Positions 27,258 to 40,251 of a stretch of 64,000 bases of DNA are shown piece after piece (the first letter of the stretch is position 1; every line of letters starts with the position of its first letter). Source of the DNA: Eledone cirrhosa (lineage: Eukaryota); NCBI GenBank assembly GCA_964016885.1, contig OZ024765.1:22196001-22260000 (forward strand). The letters run 5' to 3'. The position numbers and the translations under genes were made by a program. Below the pieces are notes generated by a model. It was not told the origin of the DNA. It worked only from the letters and a program-made list of their open reading frames with translations, and did no database searches.

Positions 27258-27323
27258 CTCTAGCATTATAATCTGGAAGATAGCTTAACTTGAGAAAATA
27301 ATTTGAATCTTCTTTGATATTAT
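27258..27323 (-). CDS. Candidate 66-bp internal host exon, phase 1-1
   Basis: Strong acceptor ctctcttatttttcag and donor AG|gtaggt; open frame (D)[21 protein letters not shown]; a unique island between microsatellites. Confidence 0.6.
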
Positions 27324-27349
27324 CTGAAAAATAAGAGAGATTTCTGTGT

Positions 27350-27985
27350 ATCATCATCACCACCATCACCACCATCACCACCGTCACCACCACCACCACC
27401 ACCACCACCACCACCACCACCATCACCACCACCATCACCACCATCACCACCACCATCACCACCGTCACCACCACCACCACCACCGTCACCACCACCATCA
27501 CCACCACCACCACCACCATCACCACCGTCACCACCACCACCACCACCACCACCACCACCACCATCACCACCACCACCACCACCATCATCACAACTTCCAC
27601 CACCACCACCACCATCACCACCACCACCATCATCACAACTTCCACCACCACCACCACCATCACCACCACCACCATCACCACCATCACCACCACCACCACC
27701 ACCGCCACCACCATCACCACCACCACCACCACCACCACCGCCACCACCACCACCACCACCACCACCACCACCACCACCATCACCACCACCATCATCATCA
27801 TCACCAACATCACCACCACCACCACCACCACCATCACCACCACCACCACCATCACCACCACCACCACCATCACCACCACCACCATCACCACCACCACCAT
27901 CATCACCACCACCACCATCATCACCACGACCACCGCCGCCACCACCATCAGCACCACCACCATCAACATCATAACCATCATCATA
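27350..27985. repeat. (CAC/CAT)n trinucleotide tract
   Basis: Direct reading; the poly-His ORF is an artefact. Confidence 0.95.
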
Positions 27986-28662
27986 TTTTAATGTCCATCT
28001 TCCACGCTAGCATGGGTCTGGACGGGAGTTTTCCCACTTGAGGCAAGATTGGTTGTCTTGCTCGTAAAGGACTGTATCTGGCAGGTTTTCTACGGCTGGA
28101 TGTCCTTCCTAACACCAACCACATTTACAGTTGGGGACTGGGAGGTTTTTACCGTGTCACCTACACGGCCACATTACAGCGTGGACTGGGAGCCTTTCAC
28201 CATGTCTCCTACACAACCACATTTACAGTGTGGACTGGGAGGTTTTTACCGTGTTACCTACACAACCACATTTACAGTGTGGACTGGGAGGTTTTTACCG
28301 TGTCACCTACACAACCACATTTACAGTGTGGACTGGGAGGTTTTTACCGTGTCACCTACACGGCCACATTACAACGTGGACTGTGTGTTTTATTTGTCGT
28401 GACACCTACACGACCCCGATCTCATTATCTCATTAGTTTGGTGGATTGGCAGTATCGGTAGAGGGTCGGACGCCATGCTTTCCAGCGTATTACGTCCCTT
28501 TACGAACTGAGTTCAAATCCCGCCGAGGTTGACTTTGCCTTTCATCCTTACGGGGTCGATAAAATAAAGTACCAGTAATGCACTGGGGTAATTGCTGGCC
28601 TTGTGCCTAAAGTAGAAACAATTATCTCATTAGTTTGGACTGGATGTTGTGGTACCAACATA
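27976..28662 (-). mobile_element. RTE 3' UTR fragment with internal ~49-bp tandem repeats, interrupted by a SINE
   Basis: Reverse complement of the 3' UTR at ~58135-58533. Confidence 0.8.
28441..28625 (+). mobile_element. Family S1 SINE with an 18-bp target-site duplication
   Basis: A and B boxes present; attatctcattagtttgg duplicated at 28424 and 28621. Confidence 0.92.
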
Positions 28663-28677
28663 TATGAATATATATAT

Positions 28678-29020
28678 AAATTTTGAGTATGTGTTGGTTG
28701 TTTATCGACACCTCAATATGAAGGTTGGAGCACTCGACGAAGTACGCAGGTTGGTTTGGTTACTCCGGAGTAATGTAAAATAAGTAAGTCCAACATATTA
28801 AAGTTGGCTTCGTTTATTATAAATTCTCTGCTCTATATATATTTCAGTGACAGCCATTATTGGTTGTGACCTCTTCAGGCGGTACAAATTAATGTGGAAA
28901 AGACAGGTAAACATGTTGTTGAAATGTGTTCCACTCCGTCAATACATCGATATGTCCAGCTCCTGGGTGTGTTGTTAGTCCTCCGAGGAACTGGAATCAT
29001 ATGAGCTGGACATATCTACC
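28678..29020 (-). mobile_element. Penelope-like terminus with hammerhead core (28830-28883)
   Basis: Reverse complement: CTGAAGA-ggtcacaacca..tggctgtcact-GAAA-T-ATAT-A-TA ... aataaa ... gagtgct, hairpin, TA. Stem I is poor. Confidence 0.6.
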
Positions 29021-29049
29021 CTCTCGGGAAGAAGAAGACGGAGAAGAAT

Positions 29050-29227
29050 TATAATAGTTGTTTCTACATTTGGCACAAGGCCACCCATTACCCCAGTGCA
29101 TTACTGGTACTTTATTTTATCGACCCCGTAAGGATGAAAGGCAAAGTCAACCTCGATGGGATTTGAACTCAGAGAGTAAAGGGCCGTGACTCTATGCTGG
29201 AAAGCATGGCGTCCGACTCTCTACCGA
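29050..29227 (-). mobile_element. Family S1 SINE, 5'-truncated
   Basis: Matches the other S1 copies. Confidence 0.88.
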
Positions 29228-29496
29228 AGGATAATGTTTTTTTTTATTATTAGCCGCAAGGGGCAGACACAGAGAACAACACAAAAACGAGTAAAAAAAA
29301 AATTAACAAATAAAATAACAACAACAGAATTCCCCAATAGAGCGGGAGGGGGTTCCACCCTGGGGTGAGGTTAAGAACGCCCAGAAATCCTAACCCACCC
29401 TCATCTTGGAGAGTGTGAGTGTGTGACAGCTCACTCCTCTGCAGGTTTAGCTGGCCTTCTCCAAGGTATATCTCGGAGGTGTCTTGGGTGATTTAA

Positions 29497-29662
29497 TGAT
29501 AGAGACCCCAGTCCCTATCATCTCATTTCTACAGCTGAGTAAACTGGAGCAATGTGAAATAAAGTGTCTTGCTCAAGGACACAACACATCACCCGGTCTG
29601 AGAATTGAACTCACAACCTTTCGATTGCAAGCCCAATGCTCTAACCACTAAGCCATGCGCTT
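29497..29662 (-). mobile_element. tRNA-derived CORE-type SINE (family S2), 5' part
   Basis: Reverse complement: tggcttagtggttagagc (A box), gagttcaattctc (B box), gtgtccttgagcaagacacttta (CORE-like). Confidence 0.85.
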
Positions 29663-29927
29663 TCGAGAGTATTCTAGGAGGGCGCGCCTCTCTCCCTCCC
29701 TCCACCTGTCTCCAGCCTACTACAGAGTGGGGGGGAGGGGGCACTTACGGGGGACATCCTCGCTACAATACCCCCTCCCCCTTAAGAAGGAGGAGAGGAA
29801 GAGGCAGAAGAAAAACAAAGAAAAAGAAGACGACGAAGAAAGGTAAAGAAGAAGACGACGTAGGAGAATAATAATAAGAAGAAAAACAAAGAAGACGACG
29901 AAGAAGGAGGTAAAGAAGTTCTCCAAC

Positions 29928-29986
29928 CTGCCAGCAACCAATTCCGAAAAAAATCTATCGGTTTCTGAATAGAATCCATAATTTTG
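29928..29986 (-). CDS. Candidate 59-bp host exon (phase 2-1)
   Basis: gacag| ... CAG|gttgga; frame KIMDSIQKPIDFFRNWLLA joins in phase to 27323. The acceptor is weak. Confidence 0.35.
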
Positions 29987-30241
29987 CTGTCATTGGAATC
30001 TTCCCAATGTTATGGGTTTTAGACCTGATCCTTACTTTATTATAGTATAGATTCCTTGTTTAGTTGTTGTTACTACAGCTGATGTTGCTGCTGTTGTTTT
30101 TATTGCTGCTGCTGCTGCTGTTGTTGTTAGTGGTGTTACTACTGTTGTTGTTGTCTATAAGTGACGTCATTTTGTTGTTTTCGTAGAAAGAAAAAAAAAT
30201 GTATTAATGGTTATATATGTATGTATATATATATATATATA

Positions 30242-31135
30242 CGACGTGTGTCAGAAAAGTTCCAGGACTGATGTCACAAAAGATTTATATCAAACCCAAA
30301 CGTCACACTCAGAGTTTTCTCCTTCAAAGTAATCCCCCTGGAGTATGTAACTGTAATCGTAGCTCTCTGCAGCGATCAAACTTTTTCTTCATAATTTGAT
30401 ATACATGTCCTCTGTTTCAGGTCGTCAAGCAATGAGCACAGAGCAACGAACAAACTTGAAAACTCCGTCAGAAGCACTGGGATTGCTGCAGCAAGTGTAT
30501 GGAGATGAGACGATGTCACGCTCACGTGTTTTTGAGTGGTGCAAGAGGTTTAAAGAAGGACGCGAGGACGTGGAAGATGACCCCAGGAGTGGAAGGCCCT
30601 CAACAACCAGGACTGAGGTTAACGTTGAGCGCGTCAGGCAGATGGTGCGTAGCGATCGTCGGCTGACTGTTCGACTGATGGCAAATGAGCTGGGCATGAA
30701 TCGGGACAGCGTCTGGAAGATTCTCACTGAAGATTTGGACATGCGGAAAGTCTGCGCGAAGATGGTGCCAAAACTGCTGAACGATGACCAGAAGGGTCGA
30801 CGCATGCAAGTGTGCCAGGACATCCTCGAGCGTCTTGAAACCGAACCAGACTTGCTAGGGACAGTCATCACCGGTGATGAGTCATGGATCTTCGAGTACG
30901 ACCCGGAGGGGACCCGTTTTGAAGACGTGGACGACGTCAAAAAAGCCGTGACAACGGAACTGCGGAGGATCCCGGAAGAATCCTTCCAGGAGTGCATGCA
31001 AGCGTGGCAGAAAAGGATGGAAAAGTGCATTAGACTCCAGGGGGATTACTTTGAAGGAGAAAATTCTTAGTGTGAAGTTTGGGTTTGAAATAAATCTTTT
31101 ATGACATCAGTCCTGGAACTTTTCTGACCCACCTC

Positions 31136-31136
<1 letters not shown>
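30242..31136 (+). mobile_element. Mariner DNA transposon, internally deleted
   Basis: About 47-bp imperfect TIRs (cgacgtgtgtcagaaaagttccaggactgatgtca / tgacatcagtcctggaacttttctgacccacctcg) with TA flanks. Confidence 0.95.
30396..31070 (+). pseudogene. Mariner transposase with an in-frame deletion of most of the DD34D domain
   Basis: HTH region, DDPRSGRP, KMVPKLL and ITGDESWIFEYDPE fused directly to GTRF...GDYFEG; the HDNA and YSPDLAP..D motifs are missing. Confidence 0.9.
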
Positions 31137-31223
<87 letters not shown>

Positions 31224-31224
<1 letters not shown>

Positions 31225-31458
31225 GGTTGTCATTTATTTTTTATCATTTATTTTGTTTTGACCTGTTTAGCTTGATTTGGTTTTTGGCTTGGGTGGTTAA
31301 TGCTTTCTTGACCACCTTTTCAGTTTTGTATGGCTTCTTAACACATTGTTTAGCTCTGGTTTTTAACTATTGAGCACTTTGCCAGTATCTTTTCTGATTT
31401 TTGCGATTCGCTTCGTTTTTCTAGCCCGCCGAAATGCGATTCTCGCTGAATCTTTATT

Positions 31459-31460
<2 letters not shown>
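31224..31460. repeat. About 230-bp TA-flanked interspersed repeat; reverse-complement copy at 45612-45840
   Basis: The two loci match near-identically in opposite orientation. Confidence 0.8.
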
Positions 31461-31513
<53 letters not shown>

Positions 31514-31516
31514 TCG

Positions 31517-31586
<70 letters not shown>

Positions 31587-31619
31587 CGTATATATATATA
31601 TATATATATATATTTATTC

Positions 31620-31657
<38 letters not shown>

Positions 31658-31756
31658 TAAATAAATCAACTAATACCTTAACACTTCACACAAAGTAAAA
31701 CATTTCGTTTTAATCATTTTCTAACCCAGAAAAAAGAGAGAGAGAAACAAAAAAGA

Positions 31757-32750
31757 CCGAGAAAAATGGGCGACTGGCACACCGAGTGCCCAGGCGCTCA
31801 CGGCTCTCTGGCAGGCGGACCCGGCTGTCAGTGGAGAATCCACCTCGTCATTCTATAGAGGGCTGGTGGTTAGCAGGTGCGACGACGCCCTCGGAGAAGC
31901 CCTAGGCATGGAGGAAGACGAACTTGTCAACCTGTTCGGTAGGACATTCAGCCCGGGGCCCATGGATAACTTCCAGAGGTCCCTGGCCTGGTAGTGCTAC
32001 CGAGGGGCTCTGCCCGTTCGAGAAAGGCTCTACAGACACGGGCGACCGGGTAGGGACCCCTCGAAAAAAATCTGTCCCAGATGCGTGTGCGACGAGGAAA
32101 CCGTTGCACACGCATTGGTACACAGCTCGGGCATTGCCGATCTGTGGGGCTATGTCGAACAACTGCTGTCAAGGGTGGGACCGATCCGGTTGACCACCGA
32201 GTCTATTGTAACGATCAAGCCGCCCCCTCTTCAAAAACGAAGGAGAGGCAGTGTTTCTGTGCGTAATAGCCATGGCGAAAGAGGTTGTATGGTGGACGCG
32301 TCTGAACGGACTGAGGTCAGTCACCTTTTTCTCTGGCCAACAACTGGTCCGTTTCTTCCGATATCATTTCGGAAGAAGGATCAGGATGGAGAGAGAGGTG
32401 CTGCACCCCAGCCGTTTCTATGAAAGATGGGTGAAAGTGGGGAGAATGGCCCGTGTGAATGGGCCTTCACTCTACATCAGACTATAGGTGAGGAAGATGA
32501 AAGACCAAGGGAGCACCCCCTCTCTGTGCTCCTGAGGAGAAGGGTTGCACACTTTTTTACGGGGGTGTGTGTGCGAGCCCCCAAGGCGCCTCCTCTCTAT
32601 TGAGGATTTTGTTATAACATTTATTTTGTTATATTTTATTTTATTTTTATATCTTGTTATTGCCTCCTCCGTATTGAGGACGCCTTGTTATGTAAACTAC
32701 CCCCATTGTACTTGTCCCACTCTTTGATGCCCTGGTGGCAAATAAAAAGA
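31757..32750 (+). mobile_element. 5'-truncated, degenerate second Tx1 copy
   Basis: Homologous to ~7697-8650, including the 3' UTR and AATAAA; contains frameshifts. Confidence 0.93.
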
Positions 32751-33060
32751 AAGTTATATGTATATATACATGTATCTATATGTATATATACATGTATCTA
32801 TATGTATATATACATGTATCTATATATATATACATAAATATATATATATCTGTATATATATACATAAATATATATATATCTGTATATATATACATGTATC
32901 TATATGTATATATACATGTATCTATATATATATACATAAATATATATATATCTGTATATATATACATAAATATATATATATCTGTATATATATACATGTA
33001 TCTATATGTATATATACATGTACATATATATATATATATTGTCTATATATATATATATAC

Positions 33061-33878
33061 ATAAAGAATTAGTATATCTACTAACATATATATACAGATG
33101 CATACTTATGCCAGCAAATATATAGGTTTTGTCTTAGTAACTTTGTGGTTCAATGCAGGGGGATGCAGAACAATAATATGAAAGACGTAAAATAAGAAAA
33201 TTATAAAAATTAACTTACTTACTAAAATTTCACTCCAACTAATTAGTTTCTGAAAGGGAATAAACATAGTTTCCGAAGAAACGTACGGAGAAGCCTTTCG
33301 TCATCAGGGAAGTCTATTCTAGTTGGAGTAAAATTTTAGTAAGTAAATTAATTTTTATAATTTTCTTATTTTACGTCTTTCATATTATTGTTCTGCATCC
33401 CCATGCATTGAACCACAAAGTTACTAAGACAAAACCTATATATTTGCTGGCATAAGTATGCATCTGTATATATATGTTAGTAGATATACTAATTCTTTAT
33501 AATTATCTCCAAATTATTTTGTTGAGCCAAAATTGGCCAAAACTGCTACTATAGTTCATAGTAATGGTTCGGCTGCTGTCTTCTTAACAAACCACTCCTC
33601 ACTGATTAACCTCGATGTCACGTGATTGATTCTTTTGAATGTCTTGGAACTTAGTCCACGCTTTGCTTTTTTCTATCCACTGAATTATTTTTGTATAAGT
33701 TCCCTGTGTCGACGTATTGCCTGGAAACTTAGCTGAGAATAGACTTCCCTGATGACGAAAGGCTTCTCCGTACGTTTCTTCGGAAACTATGTTTATTCCC
33801 TTTCAGAAACTAATTAGTTGGAGTGAAATTTTAGTAAGTAAGTTAATTTTTATAATTTTCTTATTTTACGTCTTTCAC
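33061..33878. mobile_element. Penelope-like family D, complex double inversion
   Basis: 33061-33240 is the reverse complement of 33321-33500, and 33179-33320 is the reverse complement of 33738-33878. Confidence 0.8.
33743..33824 (+). ncRNA. Hammerhead ribozyme (family D); mirror copy at 33232-33313 (-)
   Basis: acttcc-CTGATGA-c-gaaagg...cctttc-a-GAAA-CT-AATT-AG-TT-ggagt. Confidence 0.75.
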
Positions 33879-33915
33879 ACATATATATATACATATGTAT
33901 ATCTGTAAATATATA

Positions 33916-34082
<167 letters not shown>

Positions 34083-34151
34083 ATATATATATATATATAT
34101 ACATGTATATATATATATATATATCTATATATATATACATATATGTATATA

Positions 34152-34195
<44 letters not shown>

Positions 34196-34250
34196 TGTAT
34201 CTATATGTATATATATATATATACATGTATATATACATGTATATATACTG

Positions 34251-34288
<38 letters not shown>

Positions 34289-34338
34289 CAGTATATATAC
34301 ATGTATATATACATGTATATATACATGTATATATACTG

Positions 34339-34378
<40 letters not shown>

Positions 34379-34399
34379 CAGTATATATATATATATATA

Positions 34400-34655
34400 A
34401 CACAGTGGTGTTTGTACTTTTGAAGAATGTGTTGCTAATGAGGTTTCGTACGGTAAACCTGGGTCACTTCCCGACAGGGGGCGAGTCCCTAGCAGTGGAG
34501 ACTTCTGGTGTCCTTAGCCCTAGGGCTACCTCCCAACTCACCACCATAGGTGCTGAGCTGGCTACCCACAGGTGTGAGCCGCACCAGCTGGAATGGCTGA
34601 TCTTCCAACGTGTCTCTCTCTCCGTCGGGGCCTCGGAACAGCCAGTTCGTGGGAC
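34400..34655 (+). mobile_element. Degenerate CRE-clade endonuclease C-terminal fragment
   Basis: [11 protein letters not shown]...[14 protein letters not shown]. Confidence 0.6.
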
Positions 34656-34671
34656 CCCATTTTTTTTGTAA

Positions 34672-34945
34672 CAATTGTTTCTACTTTTGGCACAAGGCCA
34701 GCAATTATCCCAGTACATTACTGGTACTTTATTTTTATTGACCCCGTAAGGATGAAAGGCAAAGTTAACCTCGACGGGATTAACTTTGTCTTTCATCCTT
34801 ACGGAGTCAATAAAATAAAGTACCAGTAATGTACTGGGATAATTGCTGGCCTTGTGCCAAAAGTAGAAACAATTATCACAAGGGCGGTGGATTGGCAGTA
34901 TCGGTAGAGGGCCGGACGCCATGCTTTGCAGCAAAGAGTTACCTC
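34672..34945. mobile_element. Family S1 SINE folded into a hairpin, followed by a SINE head
   Basis: 34672-34778 is the reverse complement of 34790-34875; SINE head at 34882-34945. Confidence 0.85.
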
Positions 34946-34959
34946 CATTGTAATAATGA

Positions 34960-36480
34960 GAGTACTGGGAAACCTCTCTAATGATTTTTGAGGCAAGCCA
35001 GCACACTCGCAGCGTTGCCTCGGGTGATGGCGAGTTCTCAACACCAACAGCTGATCAACCTGTTTGCAGAGTCCTTCCCTTCCATCGCGGTCCCTCCCTC
35101 GTCGGCTTGGTGCGCCTTAGGAGCCCCAATCACAGACCTTGCCTTCGAGCCAATCTGCCAATCGAAGATGGTTGGCCTTGAGCAGCTGCTGAGGAATATC
35201 GAAGTTATCGAACCCCATCAAGGTTTCTTCATACTCAGGAACTACCTGTCTATTCCTAAGCTTCTGTATCTGCCCAGGGTCAGCCCCTCTCACAGATTTC
35301 CGTCCTGCCTCCAACGCTTCGACGACCTAATCTTCGAGAGATTCGAGTGTCTGGTCAATGTTAGACTCTCTCCAGAGTCCCGCGATCAGGCTGCGTTGCC
35401 CAAGCGATTTGAGGGTCTTGGTCTTCGTAAGTGTTCGTCCCTCTCTTTCCCCTGCTTCCTTTCCTTCACCCACGTTTGCTCCACCCTGGTGAGCAGCATC
35501 CTCTCCTCTCCAACATGGACTAGTTCCAACAGGGAGTTGGATGAAGCTCTCCAGCAATGGAGTGAGTTGGGCTTGTCTCTTCCTAAGAAAGTGGAGGACA
35601 GTCGAAATCAGAGAACTTGGGACAGCATAAGTTCGAAGGCCACTTTCGACACCCTCTTCGTCCAGTCAGTTCAGTTTGCAAGGTGCCGCTTACTATCTGC
35701 CAGCGCCAAATACTCAGGCGACTGGGTTGATGCCCTACCCGTGGCCAACGTTGGTGGCCTACTTAGCCTGGACGAACTTCGTGTCTCCATCGCCCTCAGA
35801 GTGGGAGTTGACGTCTGCATGGGTTTGAGGTACCGATGGGCAAACTCCTCGACTCCACAGGCCTCCACGGTCTTTCTTGCCGCCTGAATGCCGGCCGCTT
35901 CGCCCGTCACACAGTGCTAAACCTCATTCTGAAGAGAGCTTTGGCCCGGGCGAACATCCCCTGAGTCTTGGAACCATCTGGGTTTCCAGAAGTGACGGCA
36001 AAAGACGGCCTTACCTTGTGCCCCTGGTCGAGAGGCAGGTGCCTTGTCTGGGACATCACTGTTAGTGACTCCTTTGCTCTTTCCCACATCCTGGATGCTG
36101 CGGTTAGGACGAGAGCCACAGCTTCTGCAGCCGAGCGGAGTAAGACCCTCAAATACGTTGATCTGTCGACCAGCTACATTTTTCAGCCTGTGGCGTTCGA
36201 GACGTTTGGGGGAGTTGGGCCGCTGACTGCGAGGTTCCTTTCCTCACTGGCGGCTCGCCTAATAGAGGTGACTGGCGAATCTCGCGAGAACCCTTGGCTG
36301 TTTCAGCGCATCAGCCTCGCCATCACCCAAGGTAACACTGCAAGTGTGCTGGCTTGCCTCAAAAATCATTAGAGAGGTTGCCCAGTACCCCTCGTTGCTG
36401 TCTTTTGCTCTGGTGGTGGTTCAGTTGTTCAGCCCTTCCTTTACATTTTCTTTAATATTGTAAACATTAAAAGAATATAT
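34960..36480 (+). mobile_element. CRE-clade non-LTR retrotransposon (RT C-terminus + restriction-like endonuclease), truncated and frameshifted
   Basis: PKLLY, QAALP..EGLGLR, SGDWVDALP, LR..IALR.G, HGLSC...RH..LN, DGLT..PW.RG..LVWD.T, PVAFETFG, WLFQRISLAI.QGN. Confidence 0.88.
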
Positions 36481-36504
36481 CTTTCTGAATGAGTCGCGAG
36501 CTAT

Positions 36505-37283
36505 TTATAATTGTTTCTACTTTAGGCACAAGGCCAGCAATTACCTAGTGCATTACTGGTACTTTATTTTAGCGACCCCGTAAGGATGAAAGGCAAAGTC
36601 AACCTCGGCGGGATTTGAACTCAGATCGTAAATTTATTTATAATGTTGTCTAAACATTTGTAATGTTATTTATGTATATATTATATAAAGGGCAGTGGAT
36701 TGGCAGTATCAGTAGAGGGTCAGACACCATGCTTTCCAGCATAGTTACGTCCCTTTATGATCTGAGTTCAAATCCCGCCGAGGTTGACTTTGCCTTTCAT
36801 CCTTACGGGGTCGATAAAATAAAGTACCAGTAATAGATTGGGTAATGGCTGGCCTTGTGCCTAAAGTAGAAACATTTATGTATATATATAAAACATATTT
36901 GTAATGTTATTTATGTCTATATATAAAACATATTTGAAATGTTATTTATGTATATATATAAAACATATTTGTAATGTTATTTATATTTATATATATAAAA
37001 CATATTTGTAATGTTATTTATGTATATATATAAAACATATTTGTTATTCTGCTGTAAATTTATTTCTGTGCTCCGTTTATATTTTCATTCTGAAAGAATT
37101 GCAAACGATTTCCGATGTTATTTATACAACTGTGAATACAATTAAATGTTTAGAGTAAAAAAAAAAAAATGATAATTGTTTCTACTTTAGGCTCAAGGCC
37201 AGCAATTACTCAGTACATTACTGGTACTTTATTTTATCGACCCCGTAAGGACGAAAGGCAAAGTTAACCTCGGCGGATTTGAA
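36505..37283. mobile_element. Three family S1 SINE copies (36505-36630 -, 36689-36875 +, 37172-37283 -) and an AT-rich ~35-bp tandem
   Basis: Match to the other S1 copies. Confidence 0.85.
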
Positions 37284-37402
37284 TGAGAGACGGAGGAGGC
37301 AGGGAAGGACTTTGGGAATAGTTTCAGTAAGATTTAATGTGGGAAGGGGTTTAGGGTGGGGACTAAATACCAACTTTAAAGAGGTGAATACTTTTGAGGC
37401 CA

Positions 37403-37446
37403 TACAACAACAACAACATCAACAACAGTAACAACAACAACAACAT

Positions 37447-37477
<31 letters not shown>

Positions 37478-38300
37478 AGTAACAACAACAACAACAACAG
37501 TAACAACAACAACAGTAACAACAACAGGAACAACAACATCAACAACAGTAACAACAACAACAAAAACAACAGTAACAACAACAACAAGAGTAACAACAAC
37601 AACAACAACACACGTGTGCACACACACATACACATATACATACACACAAATACATACATACACATATACACACATACACATGCATATACATATAAACATA
37701 CACATGCGTTCACAAATTTAAACACTCACACATACATCCACATCTAGCATACACACACAGACACACACACACATAGACACACACACACACACATACACAG
37801 ACACACACACACATACATACACATGCACACAGTAACAGACACACACACACATACACAGATACACACACACATACACAGACACACACACACATACATACAC
37901 ATACACAGACATACATACATACACATACACAGACACACACATACATACAGATACATACACAGACACACACCCATACACATACACACAGTAACACACACAC
38001 ACACACACACAGATACACACACACATACACAGACACACACACAAACACATACACACACACATACATACACAGACACACACACACACACATACACACAGTA
38101 ACAGACACATACACACAGCAACACAGATACACACACACACATACACACACACACATACACACATAGACAGACACACACACACACACACACACACCGCGAC
38201 ACACAGTCAGACACTCAGACAGTGACAGACACACACACAGAGATACACAACACACACACACACACACACACAGACAGTGACAGACAGACACACACACAGT
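37403..38300. repeat. (AAC)n then (CA)n microsatellites
   Basis: Direct reading. Confidence 0.95.
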
Positions 38301-38574
38301 AAACCCCCCCCATTCACTAAAAAAGGGGCCACCAGAATTCCCCAATACTCTTCCACTTTAAAGGAGGAGTGTTTCCAAAGAAAATACTGACCTAATTTCT
38401 CTTCCAATAGGATGGTCACGGTTGGAACGATGTAGGTCAACACACCGGGCCTGTATATATATACATATATATACAACATTATATATACATATATTATATA
38501 TATACTATATATACACTATATATATATATATATATATATATACACTATATATACACTATATATATATATATATA

Positions 38575-38996
38575 TGTAGGAGGTGAGTTTTATTGTAGCA
38601 CAATAAAGCAATGCAAATACCGGATAAGAAGCACTCTACAGTTTATAGGACTGGAGTATAAATAATATATAAGATCAAAAGATGGTTAAAAGAGTTCCAA
38701 GTATTTTATTATGCGCATTTCAAAAACAAATATCATCATGAGATGATATCTGCGTTTTCATCAGATAAGATAGGGATACATGATATGAAGCTTAAAACAC
38801 ACTTGTGAATAGTGCAGTTTTAAATCAACATATGTTGATTTAAAACTTCACTATTCATAAGTGTTTTTTAAGCTTCATATCATGTATCCCTATTTTATCT
38901 GATGAAAACGCAGATATCATCTCATGATGATATTTGTTTTTGAAATGCGCATAATAAAATACTTGGAACTCTTTTAACCATCTTTTGATCTTATAT

Positions 38997-39000
<4 letters not shown>
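38575..39000. mobile_element. Penelope-like family A fold-back element with two opposed hammerheads
   Basis: About 165-bp arms centred on catatg (~38829-38834); unique terminus gtaggaggtgag...aagcactc abutting TA. Confidence 0.85.
38891..38961 (+). ncRNA. Hammerhead ribozyme (family A), the best-formed example; mirror copy at 38702-38772 (-)
   Basis: tattttat-CTGATGA-16-bp stem II-GAAA-T-GCGC-A-TA-ataaaata: perfect 8-bp stem I, palindromic GCGC loop III, predicted cleavage after 38953. Confidence 0.88.
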
Positions 39001-39029
<29 letters not shown>

Positions 39030-39037
39030 ATATATAT

Positions 39038-39400
39038 ATCATCATCATCATCATCATCATCATCACCGTTTTACGTCCGTTCTTCCACGCTAGCATGGGT
39101 TAGACGGGTTGTCCTGTTGTGGGCAGTGTCTGGTCGGCTGACCATGCCTTGCTCATACAGGAACTGATTTGGCTTGATTTCTACAGCTGGATGCCCTTCC
39201 TAACACCAACCTCATTTACAGTGAGTGCTGGGTGCTTTTTCGTGGCGCCTACACGTCCACTTTACAGTGTGGGCTGGGTGCTTTTTTGCCGTGGCACCTC
39301 CACGACCACCTTGCGGTGTGTGTGTGTGTGTGTGTGTGTGCGGGGGGGGGGGGAGGCATATTGTCTATATGCTTCAGCTTGTACCCATGGGAGGTCGGGT
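39038..39400 (-). mobile_element. RTE 3' UTR fragment
   Basis: Reverse complement of ~25690-26013. Confidence 0.88.
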
Positions 39401-39515
39401 ATATATATATATATACACTATATATAGTAATAATAATAAAATTGAAGACTAAAATCCAAAGAGGGCTCGATAAGGAAAATATATATCAAATATATAAGAA
39501 CCGTAGAGCATACAC

Positions 39516-39648
<133 letters not shown>

Positions 39649-39664
39649 TATATATATATATATA

Positions 39665-39786
<122 letters not shown>

Positions 39787-39910
39787 CAGGGATAACTTGA
39801 ACCGTATATCATCCTTGGTCATGTCAAATATTTATAAAACATTTTGTATTTTATCTGATGTAAGCGTACCAAAATTTTGGGTACCCTTGAAATATATATA
39901 ATAGAATAAA

Positions 39911-40030
39911 TCGACACACAGAAAAGACGCAATGTTTAGACAAATCACAGAGGCAATAAACATAAATGAACTCCAACCAAAATTAAATAGAAAACATGAA
40001 TGGAATAGCAACATCACAAATTACAATTAA
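39911..40030 (+). pseudogene. C-terminus of a Penelope-type GIY-YIG endonuclease
   Basis: STHRKDAMFRQITEAININELQPKLNRKHEWNSNITNYN-stop; R.I.EA..I...LN.K.EW pattern recalled for Penelope-like endonuclease ends. Confidence 0.7.
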
Positions 40031-40208
40031 GGACAAAATGAAAACACACACACATAGAACAAACAACTAACTAGTAACATGTAAACAAATAAAAACACAC
40101 AGACACCCGGATGTAACACATGCGCAAACTAAGCACACAACACACACAATAACAAGATGGCGTAGGACAGAACAAAGGAGAGGCACAAAACAAAGAAAAG
40201 AATCCTCA

Positions 40209-40251
40209 GTCACTGAAGAGGTCACAGAATGTGTGACGAAAGAACTTTGAC
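40209..40251 (+). ncRNA. Hammerhead variant (family C); second copy at 48177-48219 (-)
   Basis: gtca-CTGAAGA-g-gtcaca(gaatg)tgtgac-GAAA-gaactt-tgac, in the 3' UTR after the GIY-YIG-like stop. Confidence 0.7.

Noticed and set aside
29590-29662. tRNA gene (also 55830-55903 and the S1 heads)
   Set aside because: A and B boxes run into a SINE body and I could not find a closing acceptor stem.
38300-38455. Degenerate Tx1 C-terminus on the minus strand
   Set aside because: Similarity too weak to support.
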